Positions 12,801-23,100 of a stretch of DNA of 64,000 bases are shown here, one piece after another. The stretch covers positions 1 through 64,000 of the forward strand of contig NIVC01002959.1 in NCBI GenBank assembly GCA_002269645.1. Direction: 5' to 3'. The notes below the pieces were generated by a model that was given only the letters and a program-made list of their open reading frames with translations, did no database searches and had not been told where the DNA came from. Position 1 is the stretch's first letter. Every line of letters begins with the position of its first letter. The position numbers and the translations under genes are program-made. The stretch comes from Macrostomum lignano. Its lineage: Eukaryota.

Positions 12801-15800
12801 TCCCTCTTCATCATTCCCGCCTCACTCCCCTCTGTCGTCTTTAATCTTTCATCTCTCATATCTACTGTCTTTTCTATCATGTTTCTATCCTCTCTTCTCC
12901 TTGAAATCTCTCTTCTCTCTACTCTCTTATCTGACGGACTGAAAGCGCCGATAATCAAACCAATTGAAATTTGTCACCCGCCTCCTCCATTACGGAAATT
13001 ACACAAATGATAGCTGGCTTGAATTTGTGTACGCAACCCCCCCCCCCAACTACAATCTTGGCAGAAAGTTTAAAAGTATGGAAATCGTTTTTTCAATGCT
13101 GTGCTTTTTGTTTTCATATTTAAAGCAAATAACTTATATCCCCAAACTCAGCGTTGCAAGATCTTTCCAGCAATATAATTCTCTCCTCTTAAAGCTTAAA
13201 ACTCAAGGAACAGTTAGCCTTTGAACTTCCTGATTTAAAGCATTGAAGTATCGAGTGTACAGTCACTGCCTCCTACAGTAAGAGGCTCGCAAGTTTATTC
13301 ATTGAATTTCACTGCCCAGCTAATACACAGGGCTGCCTTTTGAAAGACGCCGATCTCGACACAGTCATATCTATCTGCTTACAATGTACTTTGCTATGTA
13401 CACTCAGCCCAAACCAACCCCCCCCCTATTCCGGGGGAATCATAAAATTTTACTGCACCCCCAACACGCGGGGTTTTATTAGCATTGAACCCAGAACACG
13501 CGTCACCCACCCCTCCAATACACAGCGACCTGCGGGGGAGGTTGGGGTGGTTGTTTTTACAATTATGCCACTACCCCTCCACTGAAGAGGCAAAGTGGCC
13601 AAAGAAGGTTAAGAAAACAGTTTTCTGCTTTTTTAACGGACTTAACTTTTAATTTTTTAACATTAAAATAGCCTATTTGTTGCGTAGGAAAATTCTGCAT
13701 TGATATATATAAGTCCCGCATTTGAGTTGCCAGCCGTCTAGGAGGAGATACGCGTTAAACCCGGCCGGTCGATCGATCCACTCAGCTTTAGATATAAGAT
13801 ATAAGAAAGACGAGGCCAACTCCTCCGTTGGCGGAGTAAGGGGAAGAACTCCCATCGCCAGAATTTCATTTTCTGAAATCCATCAGCTGAATCCAATGAC
13901 ACGAATCCCATCGTCCAAATCCTCTCCAAATCCTCTATTAAGCTCCCAAAAACCATGTTGTTTTACCTGTTTGCAAAAACTGACTGCCTGCCATCATCCA
14001 GACTGACTCTCGCCTGTCTCCTCTCTCCTCTTTGCTCTATCATCTCTAATCTCTCCTATCTCCTCTCTGCTCTCATCTCCTCGCTTATCTATCATTTCTC
14101 ATCTCATCTCTCATCTCTCATCTCTACTCTCTTATCTCTCCTCTCTGCGTTCTCATATTTACTCTCTTCTTTCTCCTCACTACTTTCTCCTCTCTACTTT
14201 TTCCTCTCTCCTCTTTTATCTCTTCTCTCTTCTCTCTTCTCTCTTCTCTCCTTTATCTCCTCTCTGCTCACTCATCTCTCTACTTTCTCCCCTCTCCTCT
14301 CTCCCTTATAATCTCGCTTCTCTCTCCTCTCTCTCCCCTCATCTCTACTCATTTATCTCTTCTCTCTCGTCTTTCGGCTCTACTCCCTCCTGTCTCCTCT
14401 TTCTCCTCTCTTACCCCCTCTCCTCTCTCCTCCTAATTCCCTCATCTCTTCTCTCGCCTTTATTCTCTTTTTTTCTTTTCTCTAATCTGTCCCTTTTAAT
14501 TCTCTCTGTTTATGTTCTCTTTCATCTAATCTTTTATCTTCTCTTTCCTTTTCTCTTTTCTCTATTCCATTTCATTTAGCCATTTCATCCTCTCCATGAA
14601 ACAGATATCATCAAAATCCTCTCCGTTAAACTGCAATCCATCAATTTAAAAAATATTATCTCTATCAAATTTCAGTCAATCAAGACTATGAAACTGAAGT
14701 TTATAAAAATATGCTTTTTACTTGTCTGGGTATACGTCAAAAAGTCTTCCAAATCTTCCAAATCCTCCATAAAACCTCTGAAATATCATAGCAAGTTTTC
14801 TCTTCTCGCTTCTCTCTCTCTCTCCATTCTTCTCTCTTATCTCTTCTCTCCTGTCTTCTCTCAATTCTCTCTTATCTCTCCTCTTCTCTCTCGTCTCTTA
14901 TCTCTAGTCGCTTATCTATCGCCTCTCCTCTACCCTGTCCTCTCTCTCTCTTCTCTTTTCTCTATCGTCTCTCCTCTCTGCTCTCATTTCTCATACTCCT
15001 ATTTTCTCTCTTACCCTCTCCTTTTTCATCTGTCATCTTTCCCCTCTCCTCTCTACCGTTTCCTGTCTCATCTCTCCTCTCTCTTCTCTCTCCTCTGTAC
15101 TCTCTTATCCCTCCTCTCTCCTCCCATCTTTCCTCCCTCCTCTGCTCTCTCATTTTTCCTCTCTCCCCCCTCTAAATTCTCTTCTCTTCTCTCTCCCTCT
15201 TCATCATTCCCGCCTCACTCCCCTCTGTCGTCTTTAATCTTTCATCTCTCATATCTACTGTCTTTTCTATCATGTTTCTATCCTCTCTTCTCCTTGAAAT
15301 CTCTCTTCTCTCTACTCTCTTATCTGACGGACTGAAAGCGCCGATAATCAAACCAATTGAAATTTGTCACCCGCCTCCTCCATTACGGAAATTACACAAA
15401 TGATAGCTGGCTTGAATTTCTGTACGCAACCCCCCCCCCCCCAACTACAATCTTGGCAGAAAGTTTAAAAGTATGGAAATCGTTTTTTCAATGCTGTGCT
15501 TTTTGTTTTCATATTTAAAGCAAATAACTTATATCCCCAAACTCAGCGTTGCAAGATCTTTCCAGCAATATAATTCTCTCCTCTTAAAGCTTAAAACTCA
15601 AGGAACAGTTAGCCTTTGAACTTCCTGATTTAAAGCATTGAAGTATCGAGTGTACAGTCACTGCCTCCTACAGTAAGAGGCTCGCAAGTTTATTCATTGA
15701 ATTTCACTGCCCAGCTAATACACAGGGCTGCCTTTTGAAAGACGCCGATCTCGACACAGTCATATCTATCTGCTTACAATGTACTTTGCTATGTACACTC

Positions 15801-18465
15801 AGCCCAAACCAACCCCCCCCTATTCCGGGGGAATCATAAAATTTTACTGCACCCCCAACACGCGGGGTTTTATTAGCATTGAACCCAGAACACGCGTCAC
15901 CCACCCCTCCAATACACAGCGACCTGCGGGGGGAGGTTGGGGTGGTTGTTTTTACAATTATGCCACTACCCCTCCACTGAAGAGGCAAAGTGGCCAAAGA
16001 AGGTTAAGAAAACAGTTTTCTGCTTTTTTAACGGACTTAACTTTTAATTTTTTAACATTAAAATAGCCTATTTGTTGCGTAGGAAAATTCTGCATTGATA
16101 TATATAAGTCCCGCATTTGAGTTGCCAGCCGTCTAGGAGGAGATACGCGTTAAACCCGGCCGGTCGATCGATCCACTCAGCTTTAGATATAAGATATTAT
16201 CATAGGATAGGATTATGATCTCATCTCTACAGGAAGGAGTCTTTGAGGGCGTTAATTTTATGAGATTTAAACTCCTGTCCTTAATCCGAATCCATGTATC
16301 CATAAAAACCAAGAAGTGCAAGATGGTAATGAGGGGTCCTAAGGCTTGGGGTCGAAAAATTGATGCATTTAGTACACCTTCACTGGCTTAAGTACAAGAA
16401 GTTTAAGGCGACTTAAATTTCGCCTAAACTACACCTCAATATAACTCGTATAACACGTGCAGAGGCCCTACAAACTACTCTTATGCGGCTATGCCCAGCT
16501 GATATGATGTAACAGCGTCCTAATTTAGCGTAGTACCGCTCTCCAACAAAAAAACTCCAGAAGGTAGTCGAGTACATGTACAACAAGCCGGTGCGCAGCG
16601 GCGAGGTCATCATACACTGCGGCGACGTGGGCGACGCCTTCTACGTTGTTAAGCGAGGCCGATTCCGTTGCCAAACGGTGTCGAAATTTTCAATCGACGA
16701 ATCGGAAAATCCTGAGCAGATTCTGCGAGAGTACGAGAATGAGGGATACTTTGGTGAGCATAAAAGCACTGGCTGCCATCATCCGCGATTTGAAGTGCGC
16801 TAAGATTGTCGTCATGAGCTCGATTTGATCATAAAAATAGATAGTCATCTTGCTCAATGCTATGAGAACATAGATTGTCATCTTGCTCAATGCTATGAGA
16901 ACATAGATTGCCATCTTGCTCAATTCCTATGAGAACATAGATTGTCATCTTGCTCAATTCGATGTTTACATATAGATTGCCATCTTGCTCAATTCTATGA
17001 GAACATAGATTGTCATCTTGCTCAATTCGATGAGAACATGGATAGTCATCTTGCTCAATGCTATGAGAACATAGATTGCCATCTTGCTCAATGCTATGAG
17101 AACATAGATTGCCATCTTGCTCAATGCTATTAGAACATAGATTGTCATCTTGCTCAATTCGATGTTTACATATAGATTGCTATCTTGCTCAATTCCTATG
17201 AGAACATAGATTGTCATCTTGCTCAATTCGATGTTTACATATAGATTGCCATCTTGCTCAATTCTATGAGTACATAGATTGTCATCTTGCTCAATTTGAT
17301 CAGAACATGGATAGTCATCTTGCTCAATGCTATGAGAACATAGATTGTTATCTTGCTCAATGCTATGATTACATAGAATGTCATCTTGCTCAATGCTATG
17401 ATTACATATAGATTGTCATCTTGCTCAATGCTATGATTACATAGAATGTCATCTTGCTCAATGCTATGATTACATAGAATGTCATCTTGCTCAATGCTAT
17501 GATTACATAGAATGTCATCTTGCTCAATGCTATGATTACATATAGATTGTCATCTTGCTCAATGCTATGATTACATATAGATTGTCATCTTGCTCAATGC
17601 TATGATTACATAGAATGTCATCTTGCTCAATGCTATGATTACATATAGATTGTCATCTTGCTCAATGCTATGATTACATAGAATGTCATCTTGCTCAATG
17701 CTATGATTACATAGAATGTCATCTTGCTCAATGCTATGATTACATATAGATTGTCATCTTGCATGAATCATTGTAATGGTACTTTTTGTACAGTTGCATG
17801 CAGTTACATGTATGTCAAACTAAGCCAAACAACAATTTGACTATATAGGTGAGCTCTCCCTGATCAACCAGCGACCCAGAGCGGCCACCGTCACAGCCCT
17901 CACCGACGGCGCATTATGGGTGCTGAACGCGCTTCGCTACGCCTGGCTCAAGCAGCGACGCGCCATATTCAACGCCGAACGATTCGAGCAGATGATCAAA
18001 TCGATTCCACTGTTCTGCAGCCATCTCAGTCCCAGCCTGGTCAATCGGCTAATTGACAGCATCGAGATTGTCAACACAGAGGCTGGCGAAGTGCTCTGCC
18101 GTCAGGGCGAACCGGGAGACGCCATGTTCTTCGTGATGACAGGCGAAGTTGAGGCGCTCATCGGCAATCGGCAGGTGAAGCGCATCGGTCGAGGCCAATT
18201 CTTCGGCGAGCGAGCCCTGGTCCTCAGCGAGAACCGAGCTGCGACTTGCCGAGCTCTCGACAAGTGTCGACTAGCGAAGCTGTCCAAGGAGAGCTTCGGC
18301 ATGATCATACCGGACGAAGTGGTGGAGCGAATGCGACGGAACATCGCCGAGTATGACAGATTCGCTACAAGTGACGACGGGACCAGCCTGGACGATGTCA
18401 CTGATGAGTACCCGAGCACAGCAAGCGTCTACATGGAGTACTTCTGCCAAGAGCTGCGCCGTTGA
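6839..18465 (+). CDS. cAMP-dependent protein kinase regulatory-subunit-like protein with two CNB domains, 397 aa; join(6839..7222, 16561..16753, 17849..18465)
   Basis: Exon 1 ends KSAEEIEKLLGEIRGVALFDGYDDDELL|GTAAGT (phase 0). Exon 2 CAG|KVVEYMYNKPVRSGEVIIHCGDVGDAFYVVKRG...YFG|GTGAGC (phase 1). Exon 3 TAG|GELSLINQRPRAAT...GEVLCRQGEPGDAMFFVMTG...FFGERALVLSENRAAT...RRNIAEYDRF. Phases compatible, total 1194 nt; AATAAA at 18532. No kinase domain follows, so not PKG. Confidence 0.9.
7563..7895 (+). mobile_element. Near full-length tRNA-derived SINE with CORE-like domain and (TTA)n tail (copy 2)
   Basis: A-box-like TAGCCTAGTAG, B-box-like GGTTTGATTCC, then TGTGTCCTTGAGCAAGACACTTAACTCTGCATTGCTTCAGTTCACCCAGCTGTAAAATG, then a 3' region ending in TTATTATTATT at ~7870-7890. 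In intron 1 of the PKA-R-like gene. Confidence 0.8.
8673..9609. mobile_element. hAT-type composite MITE, 937 bp, 8-bp TSD
   Basis: Ends TAGGGATTCCAA / TTGGAATCCCTA; perfect TSD CTCCCTCC at 8665-8672 and 9610-9617; empty site visible in Helitron copies B and C; many ATCCCGGGAT subterminal repeats. Confidence 0.9.
8960..9219. mobile_element. PIF/Harbinger-like MITE, 260 bp, nested in the hAT composite
   Basis: TIRs GGGCCTTTTCATATT / AATATGAAAAGGCCC with 3-bp TSD TCA (8957-8959 and 9220-9222). Confidence 0.75.
11417..13810 (-). mobile_element. Non-autonomous Helitron, copy B (2394 bp)
   Basis: Minus strand starts TCTTTCTTATATCTTATATCTAAAGCTG and ends with the same hairpin + CTCG; abuts copy C directly. 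Confidence 0.75.
13811..16194 (-). mobile_element. Non-autonomous Helitron, copy C (2384 bp)
   Basis: Minus strand A|TCTTATATCTAAAGCTG ... hairpin + CTCG; the outer flanks of the array are A (16195) and T (8092) on the minus strand, the Helitron A|T target. Confidence 0.75.
16838..17762. repeat. Minisatellite, 33-35 bp unit (ATTGTCATCTTGCTCAATGCTATGAGAACATAG), intron 2 of the PKA-R-like gene
   Basis: Directly visible tandem array. Confidence 0.95.
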
Positions 18466-18589
18466 ACTCAAATCTGTAAATACTTTCTTTTCAATAATTT
18501 CAGTTTCAGTTTATTTGGTTGCCTTGCGCTTAATAAATAGATTTTAAAATGGTTTTAGTTATTTGATTTTCACGCCTTGCCTTACCTTA

Positions 18590-19769
18590 GAACCAACATC
18601 AGAAGGTTTAAACCAACATCAGAAGGTTGGAACCAACATCAGAAGGTTGAAACCAATAACAGAAGGTTGGAACCAACATCAGAAGTTTGGAACCAACATC
18701 AGAAGGTGGGAACCAACATCAAAAGGTTTAAACCAACATAAGAAGGTTGGAACTAACATCAGAAGGTTGGAACCAACATCAGAAGGTTTGAACCAACATC
18801 AGAAGGTTGGAACCAACATCAGAAGGTTGAGACCAACATCAGTAGGTGGGAACCAACATCAGAAGAAGGTTGGAACCAACACCAGAAGGTTGGAACCAAC
18901 ATCAGAAGGTGGGAACCAACATCAGTAGGTGGGAACCAACATCAGAAGGTTGGAACCAACATCAGAAGGTTTGAACCAACATCAGAAGGTTGAACCAACA
19001 TCAAAAGGTTGAGACCAACATCAGTAGGTGGGAACCAACATCAGAAGAAGGTTGGAACCAACACCAGAAGGTTGGAACCAACATCAGAAGGTTGGAACCA
19101 ACATCAGAAGGTTGGAACCAACATCAGAAGGTTGGAACCAACATCAGAAGGTTGGAACCAACATCAGGTTTAAACCAACATAAGAAGGTTGGAACCAAAA
19201 TCAGAAGGTTGGAACCAACATCAGAAGGTGGGAACCAACATCAGAAGGTTGGAACCAACATCAGAAGGTTGGAACCAACATCAGGTTTAAACCAACATAA
19301 GAAGGTTGGAACCAAAATCAGAAGGTTGGAACCAACATCAGAAGGTGGGAACCAACATCAGAAGGTTGGAACCAACATCAGGTTGAAACTAACATCAGAA
19401 GGTTGGAACCAACATCAAAAGGTTTAAACCAACATAAGAAGGTTGGAACCAACATCAAAAGGTTTAAACCAACATAAGAAGGTTGGAACCAACATCAGAA
19501 GGTGGGAACCAACATCAGAAGGTGGGAACCAACATCAGGTTTAAACCAACATAAGAAGGTTGGAACCAAAATCAGAAGGTTGGAACCAACATCAGAAGGT
19601 GGGAACCAACATCAGGTTGGAACCAACATCAGAAGGTGGGAACCAACATCAGGTTGGAACCAACATCAGAAGGTTGGAACCAACATCAGGTTGGAACCAA
19701 CATCAGAAGGTTGGAACCAACATCAGAAGGTTGGAACCAACATCAGAAGGTTGAAACCAACATCAGAAG
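18590..19769. repeat. Minisatellite, 20 bp unit (GGAACCAACATCAGAAGGTT)
   Basis: Directly visible; lies just downstream of the PKA-R-like polyA signal. Confidence 0.95.
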
Positions 19770-20260
19770 TTAATGCTTTTGAGAGCCATAACTTTCATAT
19801 TTACAAGAGAAGCTTCAACTAACTTAGCTTCGCAAACAATGGTAATCAGTGCATCAATCCTTTTGCGCAGGACAGCAAAGAAAATCAAGACTAGCAAATA
19901 AAAAACCACAAGCCAGCACTTTCGAGTGCAGTGCCGCGTGCCTGATTGAGCTGAAGAGGCGATACATTCTAAACCCAGTAGTATCTGTGTCTGTCGTCAG
20001 CAGCACGTCTGCAGCAGTTCTGAGCGACTCGTCCAGACAACGGAGCAATCGCTCATCCAACAGAGCTGCCAAATCCAGCTGTTAGTGACTGTTTCAATCA
20101 TGGTCCAGTCTGGAACTGCTGCGACCCGACTCATTCAATTTGAGGCGTCATAAAATTTTAGCTCCGACATTATAAATGCAACTCTCTCCAGAAAGTAGTG
20201 GCTATTGAACAGAGCGCTGGGATCTGGAAGAACTCACGAATAATTCCAACTCGCAAAGCA

Positions 20261-20567
20261 ATGCCCAGCATCAGGCATACACTAATTCTGCTCATGATGC
20301 TCGTTGGGTCCCACCTGGTTGTCAACAGCCATGGAAGCGACCTTCGCCTGCTGGCCATACCCGAAGTTTTCAACGATGTCGAATCTTTGGAGAGCTACCT
20401 GCGCCAGATGAGCCACCTGCTATCGACCATCAGCCGGCCCAGGTGAGACCGCTGGCCAACCCCGACTGTAGCTGAACTTTAACCTAGCACAAGTACTCAA
20501 CTTAGCACTCTAATAATACAGGTTCAAACGCGGGCGACATCGCAGCCACAATGACGGACGGAAGTGA
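20261..20567 (+). CDS. npf: Neuropeptide F/Y (NPF)-family precursor, 75 aa; join(20261..20442, 20522..20567)
   Basis: Signal peptide MPSIRHTLILLMMLVGSHLVVNSHG; ~37-aa peptide ...IPEVFNDVESLESYLRQMSHLLSTISRPRF with the P..F.....L..YL pattern and Tyr at -17; 79-nt phase-2 intron inside the Arg codon before Phe (AG|GTGAGA...CTAATAATACAG|G), the conserved NPY/NPF intron position; followed by KR. Confidence 0.88.
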
Positions 20568-20737
20568 CGAGAAAGCAAGCCGATGACTTTTGACACGGAA
20601 AAAGCAAGAGAAAAATATCAACGATAAATTCCACTGCTTATAATATACCAGCTGCGCTGCCGATTCACAAGATATTCATCTCAAAAATTGTTTTCTTTTG
20701 CATTTGTAGATGTTCGAAGCGCACTCGAGGTTTGCTG

Positions 20738-21112
20738 ATTGTCTGCCTACCTCTGTCTGTCTGCCTGTCCTTGTGTGTATCTGTCTGCCTTACCCGTCTG
20801 TCTGCCTGTCCTTCTATGTATTCGTCTGTCCGTCTATCTACCTGTCTATCTTTCTGTCTGTCTGTCTACTGTCTGTCTATGTCGGTCTGTCTGTCTGTCT
20901 GTCTGTCTATCTGTCTGTCTGTCTGTCTGTCTATCTGTCTGTCGGTCTGTCTGTCTGTCTGTCTGTCTGTCCATCTGTATGTCTGTCTGTCTGTCTATCT
21001 GTCTGTCTGTCTGTCTGTCTATCTGTCTGTCTGTCTATCTGTCTGTCTATCTGTCTATCCATCTGTCAGTCTTAGTGTCTGTCTGTCTGTCTGTCTGTCT
21101 GGTCTGTCTTAG

Positions 21113-21168
<56 letters not shown>

Positions 21169-21194
21169 CATCTGTCTGTCTGTCTGTCTGTCTA

Positions 21195-21229
<35 letters not shown>

Positions 21230-21385
21230 GTCTGTCTGTCTATCTGTCTGTCTATCTGTCTATCCATCTGTCAGTCTTAGTGTCTGTCTGTCTGTCTATC
21301 CATCTGTCAGTCTTAGTGTCTGTCTGTCTGTCTGCCTGCCTGTCTGTCGTTGTTTATCTGTCTCAGTCTTTACCTGTCTGTCAAC
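20738..21385. repeat. (TCTG)n microsatellite
   Basis: Directly visible. Confidence 0.95.
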
Positions 21386-22187
21386 ACGAGCGTAGATGTA
21401 TCCATCTATATCTCTTTTTATTAGAAAATCATAGACCGACCATCGTTATAAACACTTTCTAAAATAATCAAATGAAGAACGCTTCTCTTTCAAAAGTGGC
21501 ATAGATTTGACTAGTACTTTAGTACGAGTAAGTCTATCAGTCATTAAGTTAGCAGTTGCTAATGAAATTGAACCAATGATATCATGCACTGATTTCACCA
21601 GATTTATTCTGTTTAATAGTAAACTAGAAATACTACTATAAGCATAGTTATTGAGTTTTTTAACTTTACAAAGTTGTAATTTTATAGATAAAATGCGATT
21701 CATGGCAATAGCAGCGATGCGGTTGAATGAAATATCGAGCAAAATCAAAACGAAAGCAAACTAAAGTACAAATCAAGTCTAGAAAGACAGACAAGGGAGA
21801 CTACGGGATAGTGCCTGGGTCTGGGTCGATGGGCAATTGTCTATGAGGTTGTGACTTGCGATTCTAGACCCATAAACTGCTGCTATCCAGAAACACTTTC
21901 AGCGACTTTTTGTGTTAAGCTACAAATACTATAAGGCGATTCTGTTTTTAAAATTTCAAACCTACTGGTTAAAATGACAGAAAAATACGTGAGTACCTTT
22001 CTTTAGAAAAACACATAAATACTTTTTTAACCTCATCATAAGTCTCACCTGAAGTATGCAACGAATTTGCGTTATAAAAATCACTTAATAGAAACAGAAT
22101 TTAAATTTGTGATTCGATTCGATTCCATAAATGAATGAAAAAACACTTACAGAAGCTAATGGGAAGAATGGGAAGATTGTGCCTGCC

Positions 22188-22884
22188 GGCCCAGCAACTG
22201 AGGATCTGGGAGGCTTGGCTGGCCCAGCAACTGAGGATCTGGGAGGCTTGCCCAGCAACTGAGGATCTGGGAGGCTTGCCCAGCAACTGAGGATCTGGGA
22301 GGCTTGCCCAGCAACTGACACTCTGGGAGGCTGGCCCAGCAACTGAGGATCTGGGAGGCAGGCCCAGCAACTGAGGATCTGGGAAGCTCGCCCAGCAACT
22401 GAGGATCTAGGAAGCTGGCCCAGCAACTGAGGATCTGGGAGGCTGGCCCAGCAACTGCGAATCTGGGAGGCTGGCCCAGCAACTGACACTGGGAGGCTGG
22501 CCCAGCAACTGACACTCTGGGAGGCTGGCCCAACAACTGAGGATCTGAGAGGCTGGCCCAACAACTGAGGATCTGAGAGGCTGGCCCAGCAACTGGGAAT
22601 CTGGGAGGCTGGCCCAGCAACTGACACTGGGAGGCTGGCCCAGCAACTGACACTCTGGGAGGCTGGCCCAACAACTGAGGATCTGAGAGGCTGGCCCAGC
22701 AACTGGGAATCTGGGAGGCTGGCCCAGCAACTGAGGATCTGGGAGGCTGGCCTAGCAACTGAGGATCTGGGAGGCTGGCCCAGCAACTGACACTCTGGGA
22801 GGCTGGCCCAGCAACTGACACTCTGGGAGGCTGCCCCAGCAACTGACACTCTGGGAGGCTGGTCCAGCAACTGACACTGGGAGG
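22188..22884. repeat. Minisatellite, ~28 bp unit (GGCCCAGCAACTGAGGATCTGGGAGGCT)
   Basis: Directly visible; downstream of the UCP4 stop codon. Confidence 0.95.
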
Positions 22885-23100
22885 AGCTTTGCAGTTGACA
22901 TTGATCCATACAAAAATAGAAAACAAAAAATAGCACAATAACGCACATACAAACACATATAGAAAAATAGCAAAGCAGAACCTGAATAAAGACAACCCTA
23001 ACAAGCAACACAATTTTTATATCAACAGAGTGAAACAATTCAAATTTAATGGTCAGTTAAGCCTTGCAAGCGCCATAGCAACCCGCAACGCGTCGTGCGA

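Noticed and set aside
8237-15335. Repeated Leu/Ser-rich ORFs (118, 215 and 237 aa) as captured genes in the Helitron
   Set aside because: They arise from CT-rich low-complexity tracts; no splice or domain evidence.
8093-16194. The 2.4 kb triplication as a pure assembly artefact
   Set aside because: Junctions differ, copies differ at a few positions and only one has a TSD-flanked insertion; still needs long-read confirmation.
21446-21748. 100-aa minus ORF with an LRR-like LLDISFNRI motif
   Set aside because: Very AT-rich unlike the real exons here, TTG start, only one convincing motif and no splice context.
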